From NCBI GenBank assembly GCA_018396675.1, contig JAGTQX010000004.1, positions 3,697 to 67,696 on the forward strand: a stretch of DNA of 64,000 bases, given 5' to 3'. The translations under genes and the position numbers were made by a program. The first letter of the stretch is position 1, and every line of letters begins with the position of its first letter. The notes under the pieces were generated by a model. The model worked only from the letters and a program-made list of their open reading frames with translations, searched no databases and was not told the DNA's origin. Below, in pieces: positions 1 through 9,478 of the stretch. The stretch comes from Candidatus Bathyarchaeota archaeon (GTDB lineage: Archaea > Thermoproteota > Bathyarchaeia > Bathyarchaeales > Bathycorpusculaceae).

Positions 1-746
1 AGTGGCAAACGGTCTATAAAGCCAACAGTGTCCGTTAAAAGAAACTTTTTCTTTGCAAATTTCACAAGCCGAGTTGTCGTTGAAAGAGTCGTGAAAAGAG
101 CATCGTCAACAGGAACCTCTTCCTCTGTGAGCGCGGCGAAAAGCGAGCTTTTTCCAGCATTGGTGTATCCAGCCAAAGAAATCATCGGAAACCCAAGCTC
201 GGTTCTTCTTTCACGGTGCAAAACCCGTTTCCTTCGTATTTTCTTAAGTTTCTCGTTTATTGTCTGTATCTGTCGTTTTACAGTTTCATAGTAAACGTCA
301 ACCTCGTAGGCGCCCAGCCCCATAAATCCTGGTTGTTCACCCATTTTAGCCAGTCTAACTTTCTCTTTTGCACGTGCCAACTCGTATTTGAGTTTAGCTA
401 ATTGAATTTGCAGTTTTGCTTCTGTTGTTGTAGCTCTCTTAACGAATATTTCTAGGATTAGTTGGAAACGGTCTATCGCCTCTACGCCTGTTTCTTTCGC
501 AATGTTGTAGGATTGAACGGGCTTTAATGGATTATCGAAGATTATCTTCTCCGCACCAGTTTCTCTTACAAGCTCTGCGAGTTCTCTGATCTTCCCGTAC
601 CCGATTTGGTAACGAGGGTCTGGCGATCGCACTTGTTCTATCTTACCTACTACGGTGTAGCCCGCTGACTCGGCTAGGCTTTTAAGTTCGTCAAGTGTCG
701 TCGGTTCAAAAGATCTTCGCCGCTGGACAATTACTGCTTTCGTTAA
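1..746 (-). CDS. hflX: GTPase HflX, N-terminal part (C-terminus lies beyond position 1)
   Basis: My own minus-strand translation; the ORF is absent from the track because it runs off the window. It reads ..KAVIVQRRRSFEPTTLDELKSLAESAGYTVVGKIEQVRSPDPRYQIGYGKIRELAELV.., then the P-loop LAGYTNAGKSSLF, then LLTDTVGFIDRLP (HflX-type DTVGFI G3 motif). The start codon is unresolved (see findings). Confidence 0.8.
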
Positions 747-1276
747 CTTTTCTCCTCCGCTTTTCCCTTGTCCAGTTTAATTAGGTCTCCGAGAGTTAAT
801 TCACGATTTGAAGTCTTTGGAACTGCCGCTTTCGGAACCTTTTCCTCTGATGGTGGAACGAGAAGCTTAATCTTCAACGCGTGCTCAAGTTTAGCCGCAA
901 GCCTATCGTCAGGCTTAATCTTCCTTGTCTCAATTTTTTTGAGAACAGAAACCTTCTCGTTTATTTTTTTGCCCAAATCTTCGTGAGTTAAGCCCATTTT
1001 CTCTCTTGCCAGTCTTATTTTCACATCAAAATCTTCAACAAGCTCCAACTCGTTTTCCACAGTTTTGTGCTGAGCTGCAACGCCTTGAGGTTTTATCACT
1101 GGCTTTGGCATGGTTTTCGCGGCGGCAGGTTCTGAAAGCTTGTGTTTTTGTTTTGGTTCTTCCCAGATTATTGTTCCATGCTTTGCGCATTCGCTGCACA
1201 CTGTCAGTTTTGCTCCTTCAATCATTGCTCTCGTGGGTTTGCCGTAGATTTTTCTTCCACAAACTTCGCAGCGCAA
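743..1276 (-). CDS. mbf1: Archaeal multiprotein-bridging factor 1 (Zn-ribbon + HTH_3 transcription/translation factor)
   Basis: N-terminal CxxC..CxxC ribbon (MRCEVCGRK..CSECAKHG). Central Cro/C1-type HTH (IRLAREKMGLTHEDLGKKINEKVSVLKKIE). C-terminal TLGDLIK motif typical of archaeal MBF1. Confidence 0.85.
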   Translation of the reverse strand: MRCEVCGRKIYGKPTRAMIEGAKLTVCSECAKHGTIIWEEPKQKHKLSEPAAAKTMPKPVIKPQGVAAQHKTVENELELVEDFDVKIRLAREKMGLTHEDLGKKINEKVSVLKKIETRKIKPDDRLAAKLEHALKIKLLVPPSEEKVPKAAVPKTSNRELTLGDLIKLDKGKAEEKS

Positions 1277-1333
1277 TTTTTTTGGGCGCTCCTTTAAACT
1301 CTTTTAATAGATGATGTGCGGTTATGTTTATAG

Positions 1334-1855
1334 TTGTCGAAACATTCAGTTGCTTGGTTCACGGTGATATGCTTGGAAGACGCGTTTAGGCGAATCAGAA
1401 GCGTTGCAGATTACCAGTTTGGAAAAGGCGTAGGCGAAAAACTGTTTCCAGAAAACGTTAAAATAGCCTACTCCAAGAGGACTGGCAGAATACGTTATGT
1501 CTACTTGGACAAGAAGAGACTTGCCACTCTTCGTCCAACAGATGGGTTCTTCTCTTTAAGCATAGAAGGCGCTAAAAGAATTGTTGAAAACCACGCTCAA
1601 GCTAGATGCCTTGTCGTGATTAAAAATGACGTTGCAAAATTTGTCGCTGACGGCGGCGATGTTTTCGCTGTGCATGTTGTTAGAGCTGACAGTGAAATTC
1701 GTCCCAGAGACGAGGTTATAGTTGTTAACGAGAACGGCGGGGTTCTGGCTGTTGGACGGGCTGTTTTGTCTGGCGAAGAGATGACTGCCTTCAAAAGCGG
1801 AGTAGCCGTAAAGGTTAGACATGGTTGTGTAGAAGTTAAGTATAAGAAGTCATAG
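1334..1855 (+). CDS. PUA-domain protein (ArcTGT C-terminal-like, COG1370-type)
   Basis: IRSVADYQFGKGVGEKLFP followed by a C-terminal PUA-like segment (GDVFAVHVVRADSEIRPRDEVIVVNENGGVLAVGRAVLSGEEM). The true start may be the in-frame GTG at 1364 or TTG at 1373. Confidence 0.6.
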   Translation: MSKHSVAWFTVICLEDAFRRIRSVADYQFGKGVGEKLFPENVKIAYSKRTGRIRYVYLDKKRLATLRPTDGFFSLSIEGAKRIVENHAQARCLVVIKNDVAKFVADGGDVFAVHVVRADSEIRPRDEVIVVNENGGVLAVGRAVLSGEEMTAFKSGVAVKVRHGCVEVKYKKS

Positions 1856-1886
1856 TTCTAGCATTTAGTGGAGAGGAAGACAGTTG

Positions 1887-2237
1887 ATGCGTAGACGAGT
1901 AAACCCACGCGAAGCAAAAAGAATGATGCAACGAATGGGCTTAAGCATGGACGCTGTGCAAGATGTGGAACAGGTGACCATAAAAACTAGCAGAAAAGAA
2001 ATTGTTATAGAAAAACCAGAAGTCGCCGTAATTGACATCCAAGGACAAAAAATGTTTCAGGTAACTGGTGGAAAAATAACAGAGAAAACTGTTGAACAAA
2101 GGTTAACAATACCAGAAGAAGACGTTAGACTTGTCGCCGACCAAACAGGCAGAAGCATAGAAGAAGCAAGAAAAGCCCTAGAAGAATGCGATGGCGACTT
2201 GGCAAAAGCGATACTTCTTCTTCAATCCAAAATTTAA
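1887..2237 (+). CDS. nac: Nascent polypeptide-associated complex protein (archaeal NAC alpha, NAC + UBA domains)
   Basis: NPREAKRMMQRMG, a NAC beta-barrel segment (VTIKTSRKEIVIEKPEVAVIDIQGQKMFQVTG) and a C-terminal UBA-like segment (EEDVRLVADQTGRSIEEARKALEECDGDLAKAILLL). I chose the ATG at 1887 over the TTG at 1884. Confidence 0.85.
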   Translation: MRRRVNPREAKRMMQRMGLSMDAVQDVEQVTIKTSRKEIVIEKPEVAVIDIQGQKMFQVTGGKITEKTVEQRLTIPEEDVRLVADQTGRSIEEARKALEECDGDLAKAILLLQSKI

Positions 2238-2260
2238 CATGCCGCCAAGAGGTTGAACAA

Positions 2261-3175
2261 TTGTTCGACATTGCTTCGGTGGGACATTTCTGCATAGACT
2301 CAATATTTTTGCCGAAAAAACAGACACCCTACATAATCCTTGGCGGTTCAGTCACTTACGTCTCTTTTTCAGCTAAACGTTTAGGGGCGAACGTTGCCAT
2401 AATTTCCAAGATTGGCGGAGACTTCCCAGAAGCCTATCTATGGTGGCTTAGCCAAGAGGGAATAAATCTTTCAGGTGTCAAGAGAGTCGCGGAAGAAAAA
2501 ACAACACGCTTCGAACTCAAATATGATGATACCTTTTGCAATCGGAAACTGCGACTGACAAGCAAGACTGCGCCAATAATGGTTGAAGACTTGCCGAACG
2601 CTTTAGAGGCTAAAATTGTTCACTTGGCTCCAGTGGCCAACGAAGTTTCATACGAGATTGCGGAAAGACTGAAAAAATGCGCGGGAGTGTTATCGCTTGA
2701 TCCTCAAGGGATCGTGCGTGTTTTCGACGAGAACGGGGGTGTTTCCAACGGTGCGCTAATGGATAAGCGTATACTGGAGCTTGTTAATGTTTACAAGTCT
2801 TCACTGGAAGAAATTGAGGCGGTTACTGGCGAGTCAGAGTTGAAATCAGCCGTAAAGGCTGTTCACTCCTTCGGTGTTGAAACGGTCATAGTGACTTTAG
2901 GAATGAAGGGCGCGGTTCTTTCAGTCGACGAAACATTATATGAGATTCCAGCCTACACGTCGAACGAACTTGTCGACCCGACAGGTGCAGGAGACGCGTT
3001 TATTGGAGGCTTTTTAGCGGAATACCTTCGTGGTGAAGATGCTTTATGGTGTGCATGTGTCGGTTCCGCTGCAGCTTCAACGGTTGTTGAGGGCGTAGGC
3101 CCAACAGTTTTCGGTAATGGAGCTGAAATTTATCGAAGGGCGAATGTGCTTTATGGAAAAGAAATTAAGCATTGA
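2261..3175 (+). CDS. PfkB/ribokinase-family carbohydrate kinase
   Basis: C-terminal DPTGAGDAF catalytic motif and an N-terminal SVGHFCIDSI beta-strand. I placed the start at the in-frame TTG at 2261, preceded by GAGG. The 2186 start would overlap nac. Confidence 0.75.
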   Translation: MFDIASVGHFCIDSIFLPKKQTPYIILGGSVTYVSFSAKRLGANVAIISKIGGDFPEAYLWWLSQEGINLSGVKRVAEEKTTRFELKYDDTFCNRKLRLTSKTAPIMVEDLPNALEAKIVHLAPVANEVSYEIAERLKKCAGVLSLDPQGIVRVFDENGGVSNGALMDKRILELVNVYKSSLEEIEAVTGESELKSAVKAVHSFGVETVIVTLGMKGAVLSVDETLYEIPAYTSNELVDPTGAGDAFIGGFLAEYLRGEDALWCACVGSAAASTVVEGVGPTVFGNGAEIYRRANVLYGKEIKH

Positions 3176-3228
3176 AGCGTATGTATTCATTTAAACCTTA
3201 AAATAGTAGCCTATTCGTGTGGTGTTGA

Positions 3229-3444
3229 ATGTTGGGACGTGTTGCTAAAGGCGTGAAATGTAACGTGTCTGGATGTGGTAAAGAGGCAAAACGCTCTCTT
3301 TCAGCGGATAAAGTTAGACTTGCTGGTTTAAGCGTGGGCAGTGGCGAAAAACGCGCTTATCTTTGTGAAAGCCATTATAAAGAATTTAAAAAGCGAACCA
3401 AGAAGGATAGGAAAATTGAGCAGTGGCGGTATAAGGGAGTGTAA
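3229..3444 (+). CDS. Small basic Cys/His-containing protein (putative zinc-binding), function unknown
   Basis: 71-aa ORF with CNVSGC ... CESH spacing and a Lys/Arg-rich C-terminus. It sits in an intergenic-size slot upstream of thrS. I recognise no family. Confidence 0.4.
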   Translation: MLGRVAKGVKCNVSGCGKEAKRSLSADKVRLAGLSVGSGEKRAYLCESHYKEFKKRTKKDRKIEQWRYKGV

Positions 3445-3473
3445 AATCTAGCATAAAGGGAGATTGAGCGAAA

Positions 3474-5342
3474 ATGCGAATACTCCAGCTGCATTCTAAT
3501 TATATTGAGTATAAACCCATACAGAAAGAAATCACCATGGCAGAAGAAGCTGAAAAAGAGGCAAAACGCCTAGAAGAAATTGTCGTCCTCTTCACAGCTA
3601 TAGAGGAAGGCGACAACGAGGCGACAGCGCGCAAAGCCATAGACGAAGTTTGCGCCTTTCTTGAAAAATTAAAAGTTAACCGCATCCTCATATACCCATA
3701 CGCACACTTAAGCAGCAACCTTGCAAAACCTTCAGAAGCATTAAAAATCGTTAAAAGTATGGAGGCACACGCAAAAGATAAGGGCATAGAAACATACCGC
3801 GCACCATTCGGATGGAACAAACAGTTCACGATATCGATAAAGGGACACCCGCTTGCGGAGCAGTCACGTGTTATTCAACCAACCGAAACAAAGGAAGAAA
3901 AAACCGAAAAAGTTTCAGAGGCTTTAAAAGCGGAAGAGAAACTGGAATCCTTCTGGTACATTCTCCAACCAGACGGCAAAATGGTTCCAGTGGAAGAATT
4001 CGACTTCCAGGGTCACGAAAATCTTGAGAAATTCGCCAAATATGAAATTTCAAAAGTTAGAGCAAGCCAACAGATGCCGCCTCACGTGCCTCTAATGAAA
4101 AGACTAGAAATAGCGGATTACGAGACTGGAAGCGACCCTGGAAACATCCGCTGGTACCCGAAAGGCAGACTAATAAAATCACTCATTGAACAATACGTCA
4201 CAGCCAAAGTCATAGAATACGGCGCCATGGAAGTGGAAACTCCAGTTATGTATGATTTTCACCATCCAAGCCTAGCTGATTACCTGAACCGTTTCCCAGC
4301 TAGACAATATATTCTCAAATCGGAGGATAAGGAGCTTTTCCTAAGGTTCGCTGCATGCTTTGGACAGTTTCTAATGGTTCACGACACCCAGTTCTCGTAC
4401 AAAAACATGCCCTTAAGAGTCTACGAGTTAACCCGCTACAGCTTCAGACGGGAAAAAAGCGGCGAAGTCGTTGGCTTAAGAAGACTTAGGGCTTTCACTA
4501 TGCCAGATTGCCACGCCTTCTGCACAGACCTTGAGCAAGCCAAAGAAGAGTTCATAACAAGGTTTAAACTATGCATCGAAGTCTTGGAAGAGCTTGGCCT
4601 ATCAAGAGAAGATTACGAGGCAGCTTTACGTTTCACAAAAGACTTCTACGAGGAAAACAAGAATTTTGTCGCCAGCTTAGCAAAAATCTTCGACAAACCG
4701 GTTTTAGCTGAAATGTGGAAGGAACCCTTCTTCTATTTTAGGCTAAAATGGGACTTCAATTTTGTAGACAATCAGAATAAGGCTGCGGCGCTTTCAACAG
4801 ACCAGATAGATGTGGAAAACGCGAAGAGATATGATATAACATACGTTGACGAAAAAGGCGAAAGAAAAAACCCGCTCATACTGCATTGTTCACCGAGCGG
4901 TGCGATTGAAAGATGCGTATATGCACTTTTAGAAAAAGCCTACAAACAACAGCAGAAGGGCGAACCGCCCATGCTTCCAGTTTGGCTTTCACCAACACAA
5001 GTTCGCATAATTCCAATGTCAGACAAACATGTTGAACACTGTGAAAAAATGGCAGAAACACTGGAAAAACAGCAGATACGCGTAGACATAGACGATAGAT
5101 CGCTAACGTTACAAAAGAGAATAAGAGAAGCTGAAATGGAATGGGTTCCATACATAATTGTCGTTGGAGAAAAGGAAGCCGCATCAGAAGTTCTTCCAGT
5201 TAGAGATAGAAAAGCAAGAGGAATACGCAAAATGAAACTCGAAGAATTAGCTAACGAAATCAAAAAACAAACTCAAGGTAAACCTTTCAAGCCGCTACCC
5301 TTGCCAAAGCACATTTCAAAAAGGCCGCAGTTCTACGGTTAA
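3474..5342 (+). CDS. thrS: Threonyl-tRNA synthetase, archaeal type with N-terminal editing domain
   Basis: 622 aa. N-terminal archaeal editing-domain-like region (MRILQLHSNYIEYKP..ILIYPYAHLSS). Class II catalytic core (FRREKSGEVVGLRRLRAFTMPDCHAF). C-terminal anticodon-binding domain (VRIIPMSDKH..PYIIVVGEKE). Confidence 0.95.
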   Translation: MRILQLHSNYIEYKPIQKEITMAEEAEKEAKRLEEIVVLFTAIEEGDNEATARKAIDEVCAFLEKLKVNRILIYPYAHLSSNLAKPSEALKIVKSMEAHAKDKGIETYRAPFGWNKQFTISIKGHPLAEQSRVIQPTETKEEKTEKVSEALKAEEKLESFWYILQPDGKMVPVEEFDFQGHENLEKFAKYEISKVRASQQMPPHVPLMKRLEIADYETGSDPGNIRWYPKGRLIKSLIEQYVTAKVIEYGAMEVETPVMYDFHHPSLADYLNRFPARQYILKSEDKELFLRFAACFGQFLMVHDTQFSYKNMPLRVYELTRYSFRREKSGEVVGLRRLRAFTMPDCHAFCTDLEQAKEEFITRFKLCIEVLEELGLSREDYEAALRFTKDFYEENKNFVASLAKIFDKPVLAEMWKEPFFYFRLKWDFNFVDNQNKAAALSTDQIDVENAKRYDITYVDEKGERKNPLILHCSPSGAIERCVYALLEKAYKQQQKGEPPMLPVWLSPTQVRIIPMSDKHVEHCEKMAETLEKQQIRVDIDDRSLTLQKRIREAEMEWVPYIIVVGEKEAASEVLPVRDRKARGIRKMKLEELANEIKKQTQGKPFKPLPLPKHISKRPQFYG

Positions 5343-5423
5343 CCATGCAAAAATAACCGAGACTACCAAAACACATATCAACCCTAAAGAACAGAAAATT
5401 TTGTTCTCCGGAAGGGGAACATA

Positions 5424-6314
5424 TTGGATAAAGAACTTCTTGTCTATATCGACGGGGAATACTATCCAAAAACAAAAGCAAAAATTTCAGTTTATGACCA
5501 CGGACTTCTGTACGGCGACGGAGTCTTTGAAGGGATACGCGCATACAACGGTGTCGTATTCAAACTGAAGGAGCACATAGATCGACTTTACCGTTCAGCT
5601 CACGCAATAATGCTGCAAATCCCCTTAACAAAAGAACAAATGGCAAATATAGTCTTGGAAACGCTGCGCAAAAACCAGTTGAAAGACTCGTATATACGCC
5701 TAGTAGTTACAAGAGGTTATGGGGATTTAGGATTAGACCCTAGAAAATGCTCAAAGCCGACAATAATAGTGATAACAGACACAATATCACTGCATAAAAA
5801 TGAATCAAAAGAAAAAGGAATAACAGCAATGTTAACATGGGTTAAAAGAGACCCGGTTGACGCGACAAGCCACGAGATAAAATCGCTAAACTACTTGAAC
5901 AGCGTGCTTGCAAAGATAGAGGCAAACATCAGCGGCGCAGACGACGCGATATGCTTAGACAAAAACGGATTCGTATGCGAAGGCGTAGCTGAAAACATAT
6001 TCATAGTTAAAAATGGCAAAATATACACGCCTCCAAGCTACACAGGAGCGCTTCCAGGAATAACTGCCGAAACAATAAAAGAACTTGCCAAGCAACTAGG
6101 ATACGAGGTAATAGAGAAAAACATAACGCCATATGAGATTTTCACAGCTGATGAAGTATTTTTCACGGGAACAGCAGCGGAAGTAGTTCCAGTAAGAGAA
6201 ATAAACAAAAGACAGATAGGCGACGGAAAACCGGGAAAAATAACAAAAAGGCTTATGGAAGAATTCTTGAAAATCGTACAAGACCCTAGGCATGGTACTC
6301 CAATATACGGGTAG
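5424..6314 (+). CDS. ilvE: Branched-chain amino acid aminotransferase (PLP fold type IV)
   Basis: [38 protein letters not shown] and GITAETI motifs typical of IlvE. TTG start with GGAAGGGG upstream. Confidence 0.85.
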   Translation: MDKELLVYIDGEYYPKTKAKISVYDHGLLYGDGVFEGIRAYNGVVFKLKEHIDRLYRSAHAIMLQIPLTKEQMANIVLETLRKNQLKDSYIRLVVTRGYGDLGLDPRKCSKPTIIVITDTISLHKNESKEKGITAMLTWVKRDPVDATSHEIKSLNYLNSVLAKIEANISGADDAICLDKNGFVCEGVAENIFIVKNGKIYTPPSYTGALPGITAETIKELAKQLGYEVIEKNITPYEIFTADEVFFTGTAAEVVPVREINKRQIGDGKPGKITKRLMEEFLKIVQDPRHGTPIYG

Positions 6315-6328
6315 ACGCCAGCAGCAAA

Positions 6329-7546
6329 TCACCCATTCTTTTCCATAAACTGCTCAACCAAGTTAAAAGCCTCTTCAAGAGTCTCTATGGGCGGCAGGAA
6401 GACACCTCGAACATGGCCGGCACCGTAGAGCGGACAGAACCCGGAACCATGTACAAACAGCACGCCAGTCTCCTTCAACAACTCCAACACAAATTCGAGA
6501 TCCGTCTTCCACTTTAAGCCTACATCATGAATCTTTGGGAAAACATAAAATGCAGCTTCAGGTTTCGCGCAGCTTATACCCTTAATTTCGTTAAGTCTTT
6601 TCCATGAGTAATCCCTTCGTGTTTTAAGCTTCAAAACCAGCTCCTTAACATGGTCTTGCGGACCCCTCAAAGCTGCTACACCAGCTTTTTGAACTGGTGT
6701 GTTGGCGCAAATTCTTATTCTGGCTTCTTTTTCGACGCATTCCTTTAGCTTCTCAAGTTCCCCTCTCGGATCGTGGAAGTATATGTAGCCGAGTCTCCAG
6801 CCAGTCATCAGATGTGCTTTAGAAAAACCGTTCAATCCTATTACTGGAACATCTTTAGCAAGTTTGGCTGTACTGACAAACTTTTTCTCAAAAACAAGCT
6901 GGTCGTAAATCTCATCAGATATTACTGGAAGGTTATGCTCTGCAGCTAAATCCAAAATCTGCCTTAAGGTTTTCTCTTCGTAAAGCGCGCCACACGGATT
7001 ATTTGGATTAATAATAACGATTGCGCGCGTTTTATCTGAAATCTTTCTACGCAAATCGTCAATGTTAGGCTGCCATCCCTGCTCTTCAACAGTCTCGTAA
7101 GTGATCGGGGTGCCGCCGAAAAACTTCACATAGGAGATGTAAGGCGGATAAGTTGGGCCTGGAAGCAGAATTTCGTCTCCAAGGTCAACAATAGCAGCCA
7201 TGATCATTTGAATGGCTTCAGAAATGCCGGAGGTCACAATAACATCTTCGGCAGAAACTTCAACATCGTTTAATCGCTTTTCTTTCTCGCATATTGCTTG
7301 CCGAAGTTCGGGTAAACCTTCAGACGGGGAATAAGCGTTATCTCCACTTTTGACAGCCTCAACCAAAGCTTGTTTAACATGTTCTGGCGTGTCAAAGTCA
7401 AAAGCCACCGGATCCCCGATGTTCAAGTAATAAATTTTTTTACCAGATCGCGCAAGCGTCTTTGCGTGAACAATAACGTCGCGGATGGCATATTCAATAG
7501 TGCGAACCCTTTCAGTAACCTTTACATTAGTCAAGTTCAGCACCAC
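6329..7546 (-). CDS. Class I/II PLP-dependent aminotransferase (alanine/aspartate aminotransferase-like)
   Basis: 405 aa. NIGDP, VIINPNNPCGALY and the PLP-lysine context GFSKAHLMTGWRLGY. Confidence 0.85.
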   Translation of the reverse strand: MVLNLTNVKVTERVRTIEYAIRDVIVHAKTLARSGKKIYYLNIGDPVAFDFDTPEHVKQALVEAVKSGDNAYSPSEGLPELRQAICEKEKRLNDVEVSAEDVIVTSGISEAIQMIMAAIVDLGDEILLPGPTYPPYISYVKFFGGTPITYETVEEQGWQPNIDDLRRKISDKTRAIVIINPNNPCGALYEEKTLRQILDLAAEHNLPVISDEIYDQLVFEKKFVSTAKLAKDVPVIGLNGFSKAHLMTGWRLGYIYFHDPRGELEKLKECVEKEARIRICANTPVQKAGVAALRGPQDHVKELVLKLKTRRDYSWKRLNEIKGISCAKPEAAFYVFPKIHDVGLKWKTDLEFVLELLKETGVLFVHGSGFCPLYGAGHVRGVFLPPIETLEEAFNLVEQFMEKNG

Positions 7547-7599
7547 TCTTCGAGAAGCAAGGGTTTCAACATTAAAAAAGATAAAGCTTGTGGAAGATT

Positions 7600-9327
7600 T
7601 TACGGAGGAACATGATAGGTTTCTGACGCTTCAACCAATTCAGCTGTAACCACAGTTACGATTATGTCCTTATCCTTGTACTGTTGACAGTTAAATGGAC
7701 AAAGCAACACTGCTTCGTCGCCGGGTTTAAGTGTCATCTGGTTTTCTGGAAACACGTATTCAAGAGGACTTGATAAACCTTGAACGGTGATTACCACTCT
7801 TGAAACTGTGAGATTCCACAAAGAATAATCCGAGCTTTTAATTGTTATGTTTAAGTATCCAGCAAATGTTGAACAGTCTATAGCGGTTATGCCGAGCTTT
7901 GCGACTGGAAGAACGAAGGAAAAGTTAAAGATGTACTCTTTTAATGAAGTGTTCGTTTTAACATAAACCGCTAAAGTCAGATTTCTACCGTGAACGTTGA
8001 TAAAGTCTGCCCAATCAAAGGTGCAGTTGAAAGTTTCGCTGTTGCCAGGAGACAATGCCGAGTATGGAAGTTGCGGGTTCACTTCTGTACCGTTTAACAC
8101 TTTTCCAGTCTCTTTTACCACAATTTTTGTGATGTTTATGCTCTCTATCGAAGATTCATGATTAAGAATCACCACGCTAAAATGGCCAGTGTTGCTTAAG
8201 TCGAAAACGCCAGTTTCATTCAAAATTTTGACAATCACCGGCTGCGGAGTCACCACTCTAAATGTGGTTGTTTGGAAATTCTGCAGGAAATACGCTACCA
8301 CGGTTAGGTTTTGTCCACGATACATTTTCCAGTTCCATTCAAACGTAAACGTTCGAGTTGAGTTCGGCATTATTCCAGCTGAACCACAGTCAAACGGAGA
8401 AAGTGCTGTACCGTTTCCAAGCGTGCACTCAATTTTTGTAACGTTCACGTATATAGCAGACTCTTCAGAGTTAGAAATGCTTACATTAAAGTGGCCAGTG
8501 TTTTCTTCATCGAAGGCAACATCTGAGATTATCACGCTGACGTTTGTCAACGCGATTTCTTTGTGAAAGATGTACCCTTGGCTAGTGTAAACTGCAATGT
8601 TCGTTTTCACAACTCCGTACCAGCTTCCGTTGAACATAAAGCAAACAGACTCGTTTCTAGGTATTGTTTTAGATTGCTCCTCCAAATCGGGGGACATCCC
8701 TGTGACATCTACACCTGGAACTATGATGCTGCCAACAGTTAAGTTAACTTCAGATGCCGGATTGTTTGCTAATGTAATATTAAATTTTCCAAAGTTGTTC
8801 GGGTTGAAATCCGCGGTTATAGTAAGTCCAACAAAAGGAAGACTTGCCTCAATGTTAGATGCCGCAGAATTTAACGACGAAGAAAAAACATGCACAACTA
8901 GAGTTTTGCCAGCGAAGTCATAACTGCCAATAAGCTCGCCCAGCGTAAAATTGACGCTGTCTTTCTTAACCTTAAAACACGTTATGTTTATTGATTCGCC
9001 GACAGGAACAACAATTCCGCCTTTAATAGATGGATCTGAATCAACAACATCGTAGAGTTGCGTTCCTTCCTTTAAACTGATTGCGATTCTAGAGATGTTT
9101 GCGTCCGCAGGGGAATATGATGGATTTAAAACGTTCACGGTGAATGATCGGATGTTTTCCTTGTCTATGTAGACGTTGTTTATTGTAAGTGAGGTTTTTT
9201 CTGGAAGTTTTGTATAATAAGCTATTGTAAACGCGTATGATATTATTCCACCTATTATTGCAGATACTATTATGAGAAGTATTATTACCAAGGTTGAAAG
9301 TGCTTTAACATTAGTTGATATTTGCAT
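7600..9327 (-). CDS. Membrane-anchored or pilin-like surface protein built from five tandem ~100-115 aa beta-sandwich-like modules, sequon-rich
   Basis: A single N-terminal hydrophobic helix (MQISTNVKALSTLVIILLIIVSAIIGG) is followed by five repeats of a similar pattern (..NTGHFNVSISN..I.VNVTKI.. / ..NTGHFSVVILN..INITKI..). By my hand count there are 22 N-x-S/T sequons. I preferred the ATG at 9327 to the 9411 start. Confidence 0.6.
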   Translation of the reverse strand: MQISTNVKALSTLVIILLIIVSAIIGGIISYAFTIAYYTKLPEKTSLTINNVYIDKENIRSFTVNVLNPSYSPADANISRIAISLKEGTQLYDVVDSDPSIKGGIVVPVGESINITCFKVKKDSVNFTLGELIGSYDFAGKTLVVHVFSSSLNSAASNIEASLPFVGLTITADFNPNNFGKFNITLANNPASEVNLTVGSIIVPGVDVTGMSPDLEEQSKTIPRNESVCFMFNGSWYGVVKTNIAVYTSQGYIFHKEIALTNVSVIISDVAFDEENTGHFNVSISNSEESAIYVNVTKIECTLGNGTALSPFDCGSAGIMPNSTRTFTFEWNWKMYRGQNLTVVAYFLQNFQTTTFRVVTPQPVIVKILNETGVFDLSNTGHFSVVILNHESSIESINITKIVVKETGKVLNGTEVNPQLPYSALSPGNSETFNCTFDWADFINVHGRNLTLAVYVKTNTSLKEYIFNFSFVLPVAKLGITAIDCSTFAGYLNITIKSSDYSLWNLTVSRVVITVQGLSSPLEYVFPENQMTLKPGDEAVLLCPFNCQQYKDKDIIVTVVTAELVEASETYHVPP

Positions 9328-9478
9328 GAGTCTATCACCAAATGCTCTGCCAGTTTTATGTTGATAAGTTCTTTGAAATAGATAAATATTCCCTTCAGAA
9401 TTATCTCTCAAAAAATCTGCTTCTTCAGCGGGGTAAACCTTATAATATTGGTTGGCATGCTTTTAGACTCTGTAACCA

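Noticed and set aside
28-401. Plus-strand ORFs 28-291 and 216-401 at the window start.
   Set aside because: They are antisense to the clearly recognisable hflX coding sequence, and their translations have no motifs.
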